Part shown: in pieces, positions 50,802-58,994 of the stretch | Layout: each line of letters starts with the position of its first letter | How positions within the stretch are numbered: the stretch's first letter is position 1 | Source of the DNA: an uncultured delta proteobacterium | GTDB lineage: Bacteria > Desulfobacterota > Binatia > Binatales > Binataceae | Assembly (NCBI GenBank): GCA_963711565.1 | Contig: CAVQEQ010000004.1 | Span: 704,001 to 768,000 of the forward strand | Direction: 5' to 3' | DNA: 64,000 nucleotides | Notes under the pieces: model-generated | What the model was told of the DNA's origin: nothing | The model's input: the letters and a program-made list of their open reading frames with translations, nothing else | Databases searched by the model: none | Translations under genes and position numbers: made by a program

Positions 50802-51473
50802 ATGAAAACTCGAACAAAAACAAAAACACAACCGACGAAGAATCGTAAAAGGCAGAAAACCAAGATGGAAGCCGCGGTGAACACCGGCGGACGGCGGATC
50901 GATGCGCTCAAGCGCATGCTCGCGAAAGAGCGCGCCGATACGCTCGCCCGGGTGAAGGAATTGATGAAGGAGCAGGCTCGCAACGGCGGACAGCCGCCGG
51001 CCGATGAAATGGACGTGGCGCGATCGCTGTCCGAAGTCGAGACGCATGCAGCGCTGTTCGACCGTGCGCAGGAACGCCTCAGCGCGATCGACGCGGCAAT
51101 CGCAAGGCTAGGCGCTGGAGTTTATGGAACGTGTGCGCGATGCGGCGATGAGATCCCGCTGGCGCGGCTCCAAGTAATTCCGTTCGCGCAGTTTTGCGTC
51201 GATTGTCAGAACGAAGCGAACACCGAAGCGCGCAGCGGTCAAAGCGGACTGGCGAAGCCGTTCGGCGGCCGATGGTCCGGGCCTGAAGAGCTCAGCAATC
51301 CCGATGACGTCGAAGAGCATGTCGAGCCTGTCCGCAACGCCGAGGACGACGTGCAAGTCGATAGCGCATTCGGGCCGGATGAGGACGAGCTGGAAGCGAC
51401 GGGAGTCGAGAAACGCCGTCGCGGACGGCCGCCGAAGGCAAAGAAGCCAGCGGTCCAGAAGAAAGCGCACTAG
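50802..51473 (+). CDS. DksA/TraR-family C4 zinc-finger protein with acidic region and AT-hook-like tail
   Basis: DEMDVA (DxxDxA), YGTCARCGDEIPLARL..IP.A..CVDCQ, C-terminal KRRRGRPPK. Confidence 0.88.
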   Translation: MKTRTKTKTQPTKNRKRQKTKMEAAVNTGGRRIDALKRMLAKERADTLARVKELMKEQARNGGQPPADEMDVARSLSEVETHAALFDRAQERLSAIDAAIARLGAGVYGTCARCGDEIPLARLQVIPFAQFCVDCQNEANTEARSGQSGLAKPFGGRWSGPEELSNPDDVEEHVEPVRNAEDDVQVDSAFGPDEDELEATGVEKRRRGRPPKAKKPAVQKKAH

Positions 51474-51560
51474 CGTCGCGCAATCCGATCGGCGTGAATC
51501 CGCACTTATCGATCGAATGCGAGGCCGCGCCGGGGAAGCTTGCGCAATTGGCGAGGAACT

Positions 51561-51579
51561 GATAATCATTCTCATTATC
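51561..51579. promoter_or_regulatory. Fur box
   Basis: GATAATCATTCTCATTATC matches the Fur consensus GATAATGATAATCATTATC at 16/19, directly upstream of bfd. Confidence 0.85.
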
Positions 51580-51596
51580 GGTCGAGGTTCCCGCTG

Positions 51597-51809
51597 ATGT
51601 ACCTATGTATCTGCAACGCTATTACTGACCGCCAGGCGCGGTCGCGTAGTAGTGCTTCGTGTTCGGTTGCCGCTTTCTACCGCGCGCTTGGCGTCAAGCC
51701 CAAGTGCGGCAAATGCGTGCCGCTCGTTCGCCAGATGCTCGACGCACACGACGACTCGCGCGATGCTCGCCAGGATGCCTGCCCGGATGCCTGCGGCGCC
51801 GAAAGTTAG
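51597..51809 (+). CDS. bfd: Bacterioferritin-associated ferredoxin
   Basis: MYLCICNAITD...CGKC; upstream of bfr. Confidence 0.9.
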   Translation: MYLCICNAITDRQARSRSSASCSVAAFYRALGVKPKCGKCVPLVRQMLDAHDDSRDARQDACPDACGAES

Positions 51810-51877
51810 GCGTTTCGCACAGACCGATTTGTCCTTACACTGCTACTATTCATAGCCGCTTGCGGGGAGAAGGTTCC

Positions 51878-52354
51878 GTGAAGGGTAACCCCAAGGTTCT
51901 TCAGTTTCTCAATACGGTGCTGCGCAACGAGCTGACCGCTATCAATCAGTATTTCCTGCACGCCAAGCAGCTCGAGCATTGGGGCGTCGGCAAGCTAGGC
52001 AAGTACGAGCGCGACGAATCGATCACCGAGATGAAGCATGCGGACAGGATTATCGAGCGAATCCTGTTTCTCGAGGGTCTTCCCAATCTTCAGGATTTGG
52101 ACCGGCTGCTGATCGGCGAGAACGTTAAGGAAGTGCTCGAGTGCGATCTGAAGCTGGAACTCAAGGCGCTGGGCGATTTTCGCGCGGCGGTTGCGCACGC
52201 GGAATCGGTGAAGGATTACGTGACGCGCGAACTGCTCGAGGAAATCATGCACGAAGAAGAGAAGAGCGTCGATTTCATCGAAGTCCAGTTCGATCTAATC
52301 AAGCAGATAGGAATCGAGAACTACATCCAGTTGCAATCGTCGAGCGCGAGCTGA
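51878..52354 (+). CDS. bfr: Bacterioferritin
   Basis: 158 aa from GTG; ELTAINQYFLH, EMKHAD, RILFLEGLPNLQ, IGIENY.Q. Confidence 0.96.
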   Translation: MKGNPKVLQFLNTVLRNELTAINQYFLHAKQLEHWGVGKLGKYERDESITEMKHADRIIERILFLEGLPNLQDLDRLLIGENVKEVLECDLKLELKALGDFRAAVAHAESVKDYVTRELLEEIMHEEEKSVDFIEVQFDLIKQIGIENYIQLQSSSAS

Positions 52355-52385
52355 GCGGGGTTCATCGCTCCGCAGGAGAGTGCGC

Positions 52386-53303
52386 ATGAGCGTTGAGGGT
52401 CGTAGCGCTGGGGTCGCCGGGAGTGGGGTCGTTATCACCGGGGCTTCCAGCGGAATCGGCAAGGCTTGTGCGCTCTACCTGGACAGCCGCGGGTGGCGGG
52501 TGTTTGCCGGAGTGCGCAAGGCGGCCGATGGTGAGGCGCTCGCCAAGGCCGCATCGCCGCGCCTCAGTCCGTTGATACTCAACGTCACCGACGCAAAGAC
52601 TGTTTCCGATGCCGCCACGCAGGTCGAGAAGGCCTTGGGTGACGTAGCGCTGATCGGGATCGTCAACAACGCAGGTATCGGGACCGGCGGTCCGGTCGAG
52701 TTTCTAGATCCATCTGAGCTACGCCGGCAGATGGACGTTAATCTGGTGGGACCGCTGACGGTTATCCAGGCTTTCATGCCGATGATCCGGCGCGGCCGCG
52801 GACGGATCGTTAATGTCTCGTCGGTCGGGGGCAAGGTGGCCACACCGTTCGTCGGTCCGTACTGTGCTTCGAAGTTCGCGCTCGAGGCGCTCTCCGATTC
52901 GTTGCGCGCTGAGCTCAAGCCGTGGGGAATCGAGGTCTCGCTGGTCGAACCCGGCGCCGTCAAAACCGCGATGTTCGAGAAGGCTCGTAGCACGGTTGAC
53001 GACGTTCTTGGCGTGCTTCCTGCCGAGGGTGCTCGCTACTACGGCAACGAGATCGAAGCGATGCGCGGTCTGATCGCGTCGCAGGAGCGCGTGGCGGTGT
53101 CGGCGGAGGCCGTGGCGCGAGTCGTCGAGCATGCGTTGATCGCGCGACGGCCACGCACGCGTTATTTGGTCGGCCGTGACGCGAAACTGATGGCATTTTT
53201 CCATTGGCAGCTCCCTGATCGGGCATTCGACAGGCTGTTGGCTACGACGATGCGGCGCCTGTCGCGCAGGGCGTCAATGGGGAAGGCTGAACCACTCGAT
53301 TGA
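52386..53303 (+). CDS. Short-chain dehydrogenase/reductase
   Basis: TGASSGIG, VNNAG, YCASK. Confidence 0.94.
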   Translation: MSVEGRSAGVAGSGVVITGASSGIGKACALYLDSRGWRVFAGVRKAADGEALAKAASPRLSPLILNVTDAKTVSDAATQVEKALGDVALIGIVNNAGIGTGGPVEFLDPSELRRQMDVNLVGPLTVIQAFMPMIRRGRGRIVNVSSVGGKVATPFVGPYCASKFALEALSDSLRAELKPWGIEVSLVEPGAVKTAMFEKARSTVDDVLGVLPAEGARYYGNEIEAMRGLIASQERVAVSAEAVARVVEHALIARRPRTRYLVGRDAKLMAFFHWQLPDRAFDRLLATTMRRLSRRASMGKAEPLD

Positions 53304-53529
53304 ATGTCGGAACTGATTCCGGAGTGGGGCGCTCCCGAAAGTGTCTCAATCCGGGACGGGGGACCGATCACTTGCGGAACACTCAATGGTTTCGCGCGAC
53401 CTTTCGATTCTGATTCCTAGCTATTCTCCGCTTTTCAGAATGACCGCGAATGCATCGGCGTCGGCATGGTGATTGCTCCGCTGTGAGATGCGGTAATGCG
53501 ATCGCCTGCGCTCGGGGGATCTCTTTCAG

Positions 53530-54333
53530 ATGTACTTGTTGCTGGTGGAAGACAACCCTACGGATCGGATGGTTATCGAGGCCCGGCTTCGGCACGCGTT
53601 TCCGAGCGCGCAGATCATGGCCGCTGACGATCCGATCGCGATGAACGAGCAGCTCAAGCGCGACGGCTGCGACATCGTCATCACTGACTATTGGCTGGGG
53701 TGGAGCGACGGTCTGTCGATCCTCCAGCGGGTGCGCGAGCGGTGGCCGCGGAGCCGGGTAATCATGCTCACGGGCAATGGCGGCGAAGAGGTGATGGCCG
53801 GTGCGTTCAAGCACGGGCTGTATCACTACCTGCTCAAGCCGGACGGGTTCGACGAGCTGGCGGCGGTCACTGGGGCCGCGATGGAGAGCAAGCGGCGCGA
53901 TGATTTCAACGAGCTGATGGCGATGATCGTCAACTCGATTCCTGACGGTGTTCACTGCGTGGACGCGGCCGGGACAATCACGGCGATTAACGCGGCGGCG
54001 CGCCGGATGTATGGGTACGCCGAGGCTGAGATTGTCGGGCGCAGCAGCGAGATCCTGCTGCCGGTCGGGCAGCGCGACGAAATCCGGCGGCTGCATGAGC
54101 GAGCGCTGGGCGGGGAAATCGTGCCTCGGTTCGCGATGCTGCAAATCCGCCGCGACGGCGCCGAAATACCGGTGTTGATGACGATACTGCCAATGCGTCA
54201 CGGCGGCGACGCAATAGCGAATGTGGCGTTTATTGCAACTGCCGTCGGCAAAGCTGCTCGCGAGGGCGGCATGGCAAGTGCGCGTGAGGAGTCGCATCCG
54301 CCGCGGCATGGATCGTCGTTAAGCGTCCACTAG
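53530..54333 (+). CDS. Receiver + PAS domain protein
   Basis: LLVEDN, ITDY, LTG, LLKP, then PAS (DAAGTI..INAAA..MYGY...EIVG). Confidence 0.85.
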   Translation: MYLLLVEDNPTDRMVIEARLRHAFPSAQIMAADDPIAMNEQLKRDGCDIVITDYWLGWSDGLSILQRVRERWPRSRVIMLTGNGGEEVMAGAFKHGLYHYLLKPDGFDELAAVTGAAMESKRRDDFNELMAMIVNSIPDGVHCVDAAGTITAINAAARRMYGYAEAEIVGRSSEILLPVGQRDEIRRLHERALGGEIVPRFAMLQIRRDGAEIPVLMTILPMRHGGDAIANVAFIATAVGKAAREGGMASAREESHPPRHGSSLSVH

Positions 54334-54460
54334 CCCGGTCGCGCGCGGCTGGGTCAAGGATGCGGAGTGGGCTCGCACGAGATCGCACGAATAACCGGAA
54401 GATGAACTAAAAGAGCGCCGCTACCTTGGAGCGCGCCGGAGGACTAAAGTAACCGGTCTG

Positions 54461-55879
54461 ATGGCGCACGAAATCGGCACGCACAAACTCACCGAGCACG
54501 GCGCGTTGAATCACGTGCCGATATATCGCAGCCGGCCGATAAGGATCGCGCTCTACTACGCCCTCGGCGGTCTCATCTGGGTCGCGGTCTCCGATCGGGT
54601 GCTATCGCTGATGCCGGCGCATTCGTACACCCTCAACCGGCTGATGTTCGTCGGCGTGAACGCGCTGCTGCTCTACCTGGTCGCCGCCCGCTACATGAAG
54701 ACGATTCGCATCTCGGTGGCGGCGCGGGAGGAAGCGCTGGTGCGTGCGCGCGGCTACTTCGAGTCCTCGGTCGAGGGAATTATCTCGGCGGACAGCAACG
54801 GGATGATTCGACAGCTCAATCCGCGCGGGCAGGAGATGTTCGGCTACCATGAAATGGAGCTGGTCGGTCAGCCGATAGAAGTGCTGGTGCCGCAACGTTT
54901 CCAGTATCGCCACGAGGCGCATCGCAGCGCTTTTTTTCTCACGCCAAAATCCCGCAAGATGGGCCGCGGGATGGAGATTGCGGGACGCCGCAAAGACGGC
55001 AGCGAATTTCCCGTCGAGATCAGCCTGAACGTCGTGCATACCCATCGCGGCAAGCTGGTGATCGCGTTCGTCACCGACATCACCGAGCGCCGCGCGATGG
55101 AGCGCGTAGCGCGGCGCAATGAAACGGTCGATGCACTGGCCGCGGTGGCGGCCGGAATCGCGCACGAATTGAACAATCCGCTGGCCGTGATGGCGTCGCG
55201 AATCGAGCTGATGCTGGCGGCGGATCAGGATCTCAGCGTGCAGACGCGCGACGATCTGCTGGTGCTGCAGAAGAACATCGAACGCGCCAGCCGGATCTCG
55301 CACAACATGCTGTCACTGGCGCGTCAGCGGCCGGGCGCGCGGCAAGCAGTGGACATGAACGCGGCGGTCGAAGAGGCGATCATGATAGTCGGCGCTGAGC
55401 CCAGGGGCGGCGTGTTGCGCTACGAAACGATCCTCGATCGGTCGCTGCCGCCGGTGATGGCGGAGCCGACGGGCGTCGAGCAGGTGCTGATCAACTTTAT
55501 TCTGAATGCGCGCGACGCGGGCGCGCACTTGATCCGAATCGAGACTGGGTGGGCGCCGGGACGCGCCGGTCACCTTAGCTTGTCGATCACGGATGACGGC
55601 GCGGGAATCGCGAGCGACGTGCTCGGCAAACTGTTTCAGCCGTTTTTCACGACCAAAGCGAAGGGGACAGGCTTGGGCCTGTGGCTGAGCCAGCGTATCG
55701 TGCAGGACCACGGCGGCAGTATCACGGTCGAATCGATCGTGGGCGAAGGCACCACATTCGCGATAACGTTGCCGACGATGGGCGAGTCGTCGTCGGACCG
55801 CGCGAAGCTTACTCCGCGCGGCGAATCGCCGGCGTCGTCGCAAATCGCCGCGGCGCGAAGCAATCAGTCGGGCCGCTAG
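54461..55879 (+). CDS. Membrane PAS sensor histidine kinase
   Basis: Two TM helices, PAS (GRRKDGSEFPVEISL), AHELNNPL, NARDA, FFTTK..GTGLGL. Confidence 0.93.
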   Translation: MAHEIGTHKLTEHGALNHVPIYRSRPIRIALYYALGGLIWVAVSDRVLSLMPAHSYTLNRLMFVGVNALLLYLVAARYMKTIRISVAAREEALVRARGYFESSVEGIISADSNGMIRQLNPRGQEMFGYHEMELVGQPIEVLVPQRFQYRHEAHRSAFFLTPKSRKMGRGMEIAGRRKDGSEFPVEISLNVVHTHRGKLVIAFVTDITERRAMERVARRNETVDALAAVAAGIAHELNNPLAVMASRIELMLAADQDLSVQTRDDLLVLQKNIERASRISHNMLSLARQRPGARQAVDMNAAVEEAIMIVGAEPRGGVLRYETILDRSLPPVMAEPTGVEQVLINFILNARDAGAHLIRIETGWAPGRAGHLSLSITDDGAGIASDVLGKLFQPFFTTKAKGTGLGLWLSQRIVQDHGGSITVESIVGEGTTFAITLPTMGESSSDRAKLTPRGESPASSQIAAARSNQSGR

Positions 55880-55894
55880 CGGGCTCGGGCGCCG

Positions 55895-56263
55895 ATGGCT
55901 GCGCAAGCAAAAATTCTGATCGTTGATGACGAGCGCGATCTCGTCGACGCGTACGTGCGGCTGCTCGAGCGCGCGGGCCATCGATGTCTCGCAGCATTCG
56001 ACGCAAACGAGGCGATCCAGCTAATCGACGCCGAGTCGCCTGACGTGGTGATTACTGACCTGAGCCTGCCCGACACCAGCGGCATCGAGATCATCCGTCA
56101 CGTGCGCGCGAAGTCGGCGTCCACGCCGATAATCGTGATGTCGGGCCACAACACGCCCGAACTAAACAACGCGGCGCACGCCGCCGGCGCGAACATCTCG
56201 CTCCTGAAGCCGGTCTCGATCGCCGAGTTGCAGCGGGTGATTGTCGAAGCGCTGGCGCGCTGA
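55895..56263 (+). CDS. Single-domain response regulator
   Basis: ILIVDDE, ITDLSLP, MSG, LLKP. Confidence 0.92.
   Translation: MAAQAKILIVDDERDLVDAYVRLLERAGHRCLAAFDANEAIQLIDAESPDVVITDLSLPDTSGIEIIRHVRAKSASTPIIVMSGHNTPELNNAAHAAGANISLLKPVSIAELQRVIVEALAR
56196..56222 (+). repeat. 27-bp direct repeat, copy 1 (att-like core inside the regulator gene)
   Basis: TCTCGCTCCTGAAGCCGGTCTCGATCG is identical at 56997-57023. Confidence 0.9.
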
Positions 56264-56413
56264 ATCGAGCCTGTCGCTGCACCATCTGCTCATCGATAAA
56301 ATCGGAAGCTGATCCTCCGCCTAGTCGCCAAGCCTAAGCTCTTGTGCGCGAAAGCCGTCCAGACCGGAGAAGCAGGTACGGTTTCACGGACGGCCACACA
56401 TCTTCGGAACGCC

Positions 56414-56471
56414 TTGATTGAGTTGCATAGAAATAATATATTAGATATATCCAAGGAGCTAATGGATATAT
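56414..56471 (+). promoter_or_regulatory. sigma70 promoter and inverted repeat over the RBS
   Basis: TTGATT (56414-19)-17 bp-TATATT (56437-42); ATATATCC (56445-52) and GGATATAT (56464-71) flank AAGGAG. Confidence 0.6.
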
Positions 56472-56949
56472 GGGATTTCAAATAGAAATCGACTTTGAAG
56501 TGAATCAGAGAATTTGGGCAGAAAGAAGGTCCGAGGAGGAGTCTGATAACGATGTAATCAGAAGGCTGTTGCGAATGTCGCCTAAAAATGGCGGCCGATC
56601 GCAGAAAGCGAGTGAATTCAGTTCCGAGAAAGGTGCTTGGGTATGGAAGGGAGTGACACTTCCTGCTCATACGCAACTGCGCATGGACTACCTAAGCCAG
56701 CGCTATCAAGGTGAGGTACGTGGAGATGGGAAATGGTGGATCAATGAGAGATTCTTCAGGACGCCCTCCGAAGCAGCAAAGAGCTTGGCGCGTACTCGCG
56801 AAGGGAAGGAACCAAGCCTTGATGGTTGGAAGTATTGGTACGTAAAGCGGCCATCAGACCGAGATTGGATTCTGGTGGATGAGTTCAGAAAAGGTCTCGG
56901 CAATGGCCGCCCACACAAGAAGCCATCTATGGAGGATCGGAGTATTTGA
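56470..56949 (+). CDS. Hypothetical protein, probable RAMA/DUF4357-like DNA-reading domain
   Basis: IEIDFEV...SDNDVIRRLL N-terminus; GVTLP..T.LR..Y...G...F.TPS.AA....SLDGW.YW C-terminus; visibly AT-richer than flanks. Confidence 0.6.
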   Translation: MGFQIEIDFEVNQRIWAERRSEEESDNDVIRRLLRMSPKNGGRSQKASEFSSEKGAWVWKGVTLPAHTQLRMDYLSQRYQGEVRGDGKWWINERFFRTPSEAAKSLARTREGKEPSLDGWKYWYVKRPSDRDWILVDEFRKGLGNGRPHKKPSMEDRSI

Positions 56950-56976
56950 TCGCTCAACAGAAACGTAGGTATCCCA

Positions 56977-57064
56977 GGGCGCGGGCGGCGCTGACCTCTC
57001 GCTCCTGAAGCCGGTCTCGATCGTCGCGCTGCAACGCGTAATCATCGAAGCCCTCGCACGCTGA
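56977..57064 (+). pseudogene. Displaced duplicate of the response regulator 3' end
   Basis: Encodes AGGADLSLLKPVSIVALQRVIIEALAR* versus AAGANISLLKPVSIAELQRVIVEALAR*. Confidence 0.85.
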
Positions 57065-57124
57065 ATTGCTGCGGCGCGGGCGGCAGTTTGCTCGGCGACA
57101 ATCGGAAGCTCATCGTTCAATTTC

Positions 57125-57688
57125 ATGGCACCGGGCGACCAAACTACCCGAGTTTTTCGCAATGTTACGATCGAGGGCAGGATCTACGACCTGTCGCACC
57201 TCGACCAGTTCACGTTCGAGTTCGTGGTGCCCGAAAAGGACGGAAGACCACGGCAAGCATATGGAATTGACGTCCTGTTCAGCTGGCACTGTTTTACCCG
57301 CGGAATAGCAGAAGGCGAACACCTCCCGGAGGCCTTGGCTTACAGTCGTGGCCGCGAGACTCGCCTGTTCGACGAGCGTCGCTATCGTTTCTCACGGCAA
57401 CTGCCGAGCATTATTAGAGGCATTGGCACGCGAAAATGCTTCCACTCCGGCAAAGGCAATTTCTTCACGGTCGAGCTTACAGACGAGGAAGGAAGCCGAA
57501 TCGACTATACTATCTTCTTCAAAGTTTCACGGACCGCAAAGCGAGGTGCGCTAACTCTCCGCGTAGAGAGTGCCTATGCCCGAGACAACAGAGTGCCGCT
57601 TGGGCGCTCGCGGCCGCCGCGGCCCATTCGCTTTTCGGTCATTGCGTACAACACCGCAACAGGTAAGCCAATCAAGGAGCCGAAATGA
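57125..57688 (+). CDS. Hypothetical protein, candidate RNase toxin or RNA-binding protein
   Basis: 187 aa ORF with YDLSHL, FSWHCFTR, RLFDERRY..S..LP, GNFFTVE, VESAY; no domain recognised with certainty. Confidence 0.75.
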   Translation: MAPGDQTTRVFRNVTIEGRIYDLSHLDQFTFEFVVPEKDGRPRQAYGIDVLFSWHCFTRGIAEGEHLPEALAYSRGRETRLFDERRYRFSRQLPSIIRGIGTRKCFHSGKGNFFTVELTDEEGSRIDYTIFFKVSRTAKRGALTLRVESAYARDNRVPLGRSRPPRPIRFSVIAYNTATGKPIKEPK

Positions 57689-57714
57689 AAAAGGCCCTTC
57701 GTAGAAGGACCTTT
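57688..57714 (-). terminator. Intrinsic terminator of the putative ncRNA
   Basis: Minus strand GGUCCUUC-UAC-GAAGGGCC-UUUUU; the C/A mismatch on plus (57695/57709) is a G-U pair on minus. Confidence 0.7.
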
Positions 57715-57813
57715 CTCTGAATTCCGCTGGGAACCTCTTGGCTATCACCACACTTGGGTGGAGACCGGAATACCGGCGGGCGAGCGCTTGCACCCAGCTT
57801 AGGCGCTCTTGAT
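57688..57813 (-). ncRNA. Putative ~125-nt structured ncRNA convergent with 57125-57688
   Basis: Bounded by a minus-strand sigma70 promoter and intrinsic terminator; several hairpins and a possible pseudoknot; no credible ORF. Confidence 0.6.
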
Positions 57814-57818
57814 CAGGG

Positions 57819-57847
57819 AATATAACAAATGCGCCTGTTTCAAACAA
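57819..57847 (-). promoter_or_regulatory. sigma70 promoter with extended -10
   Basis: TTGTTT (57847-42)-17 bp-TATATT (57824-19) preceded by TGn. Confidence 0.65.
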
Positions 57848-57859
57848 ACCCAAGTTGAG

Positions 57860-58984
57860 TTACAGCGTGCGTTTGAAGGAGACGCTGGCGAGGATCAGCA
57901 TCAGCAACATGAAGATCAGCAGGAATGCTATGTCGCCGCTTACGGCGGTGAAGTCGGCGCCTTTGAAGAGGATCTGTTTGATTGCGCTTACTGAGTGAGT
58001 TTCGGGATTGAAGCGGGCGAAAGTTCGCAGCCACGGCGGGAAGCTTTCGACCGGATAGATCGCGCCGCTCGGGAAGAACAGGATCACGTTCAGAAATCCC
58101 GAGAACGTTCCCACCAGGCGCGGATGGCCCGCGCGGCCGAGCATCGAGAACGTCATCGCGAGCAGGCCGGTCGCGCTGATGATGATTATCCCGATCAGCA
58201 TCAACAGCGCCGTCGGGCCGCCGAGGATTCGCCCGCGCGTGATCATCAGTCCCAGGAACAAGACCAGGATGCCGCCGATGCTGGTCACCGTCACGCCGCT
58301 GGCCAGGATGCCGCCGGCGATGTCCCAGCGCGAAAGCGGAGTCACCAGGTAGCATTCGGTGACGCCCATGAATTTATCCATCACCCAGTTGAACACGCCG
58401 GACATCAGCGAGCCCATGAAGATCGCCATCACGATGACGCCGGGGATAAGCGAGCGATCGTAGTCAACGTACGGGAACAGCCAACTCGGGCGCAGTGAGA
58501 TCTCGTTGAGCTTGGGCTCGCGCGCGGTCACGAAGGTGACTCTCACGGTTGCGGCGGCCGAGTCGAGCACGCTTTCAAGGGTTTCCGAACTGACGCTGTC
58601 GACGTTGTCGGTGAACAATCCGATCTGCGCGATGCGGCCCTCGGCAACGTCGTGGCTGAAGTCGGGCGGGATGACGACGACGCCCTTGTAGAGCCCGTCG
58701 CGGACTTCGTCAACTGCGTTGCCCGGGTCGCTCTCGAAGGTGAGGTCGACGGTCTTCGGTCCCGCCTGCAACGCGAGCAACTGTTCGACGATGCGGCGCG
58801 CATAGAGTCCGTGATCCTGCGAGACGACGACGACGGGCAGGTGCTTGAGCTGGCCCTGGAACGAGTTGCCGATGATCACAAGATAAACGATCGGCATCAG
58901 GATGACGGAGATGAGCGTGATGGGATTGCGCGTCAGCTTCTTCAAGTCGCGGCGCATGATGGCGAGGAATTTGAGCCCGAACAT
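57860..58984 (-). CDS. ABC-2 type permease
   Basis: Multi-TM; G..E..LVTP.SR; FPSGAIYPVESFP.WL. Confidence 0.92.
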   Translation of the reverse strand: MFGLKFLAIMRRDLKKLTRNPITLISVILMPIVYLVIIGNSFQGQLKHLPVVVVSQDHGLYARRIVEQLLALQAGPKTVDLTFESDPGNAVDEVRDGLYKGVVVIPPDFSHDVAEGRIAQIGLFTDNVDSVSSETLESVLDSAAATVRVTFVTAREPKLNEISLRPSWLFPYVDYDRSLIPGVIVMAIFMGSLMSGVFNWVMDKFMGVTECYLVTPLSRWDIAGGILASGVTVTSIGGILVLFLGLMITRGRILGGPTALLMLIGIIIISATGLLAMTFSMLGRAGHPRLVGTFSGFLNVILFFPSGAIYPVESFPPWLRTFARFNPETHSVSAIKQILFKGADFTAVSGDIAFLLIFMLLMLILASVSFKRTL

Positions 58985-58994
58985 CGCGTCCTCC

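Noticed and set aside
51561-52354. Fur box-bfd-bfr as a novelty
   Set aside because: Well-known iron storage arrangement; listed as features only.
57551-57853. 100-aa minus-strand ORF as a protein antitoxin
   Set aside because: Its TTG start lies upstream of the predicted promoter, it has no RBS, it crosses the terminator and overlaps the plus-strand gene; an RNA product fits better.
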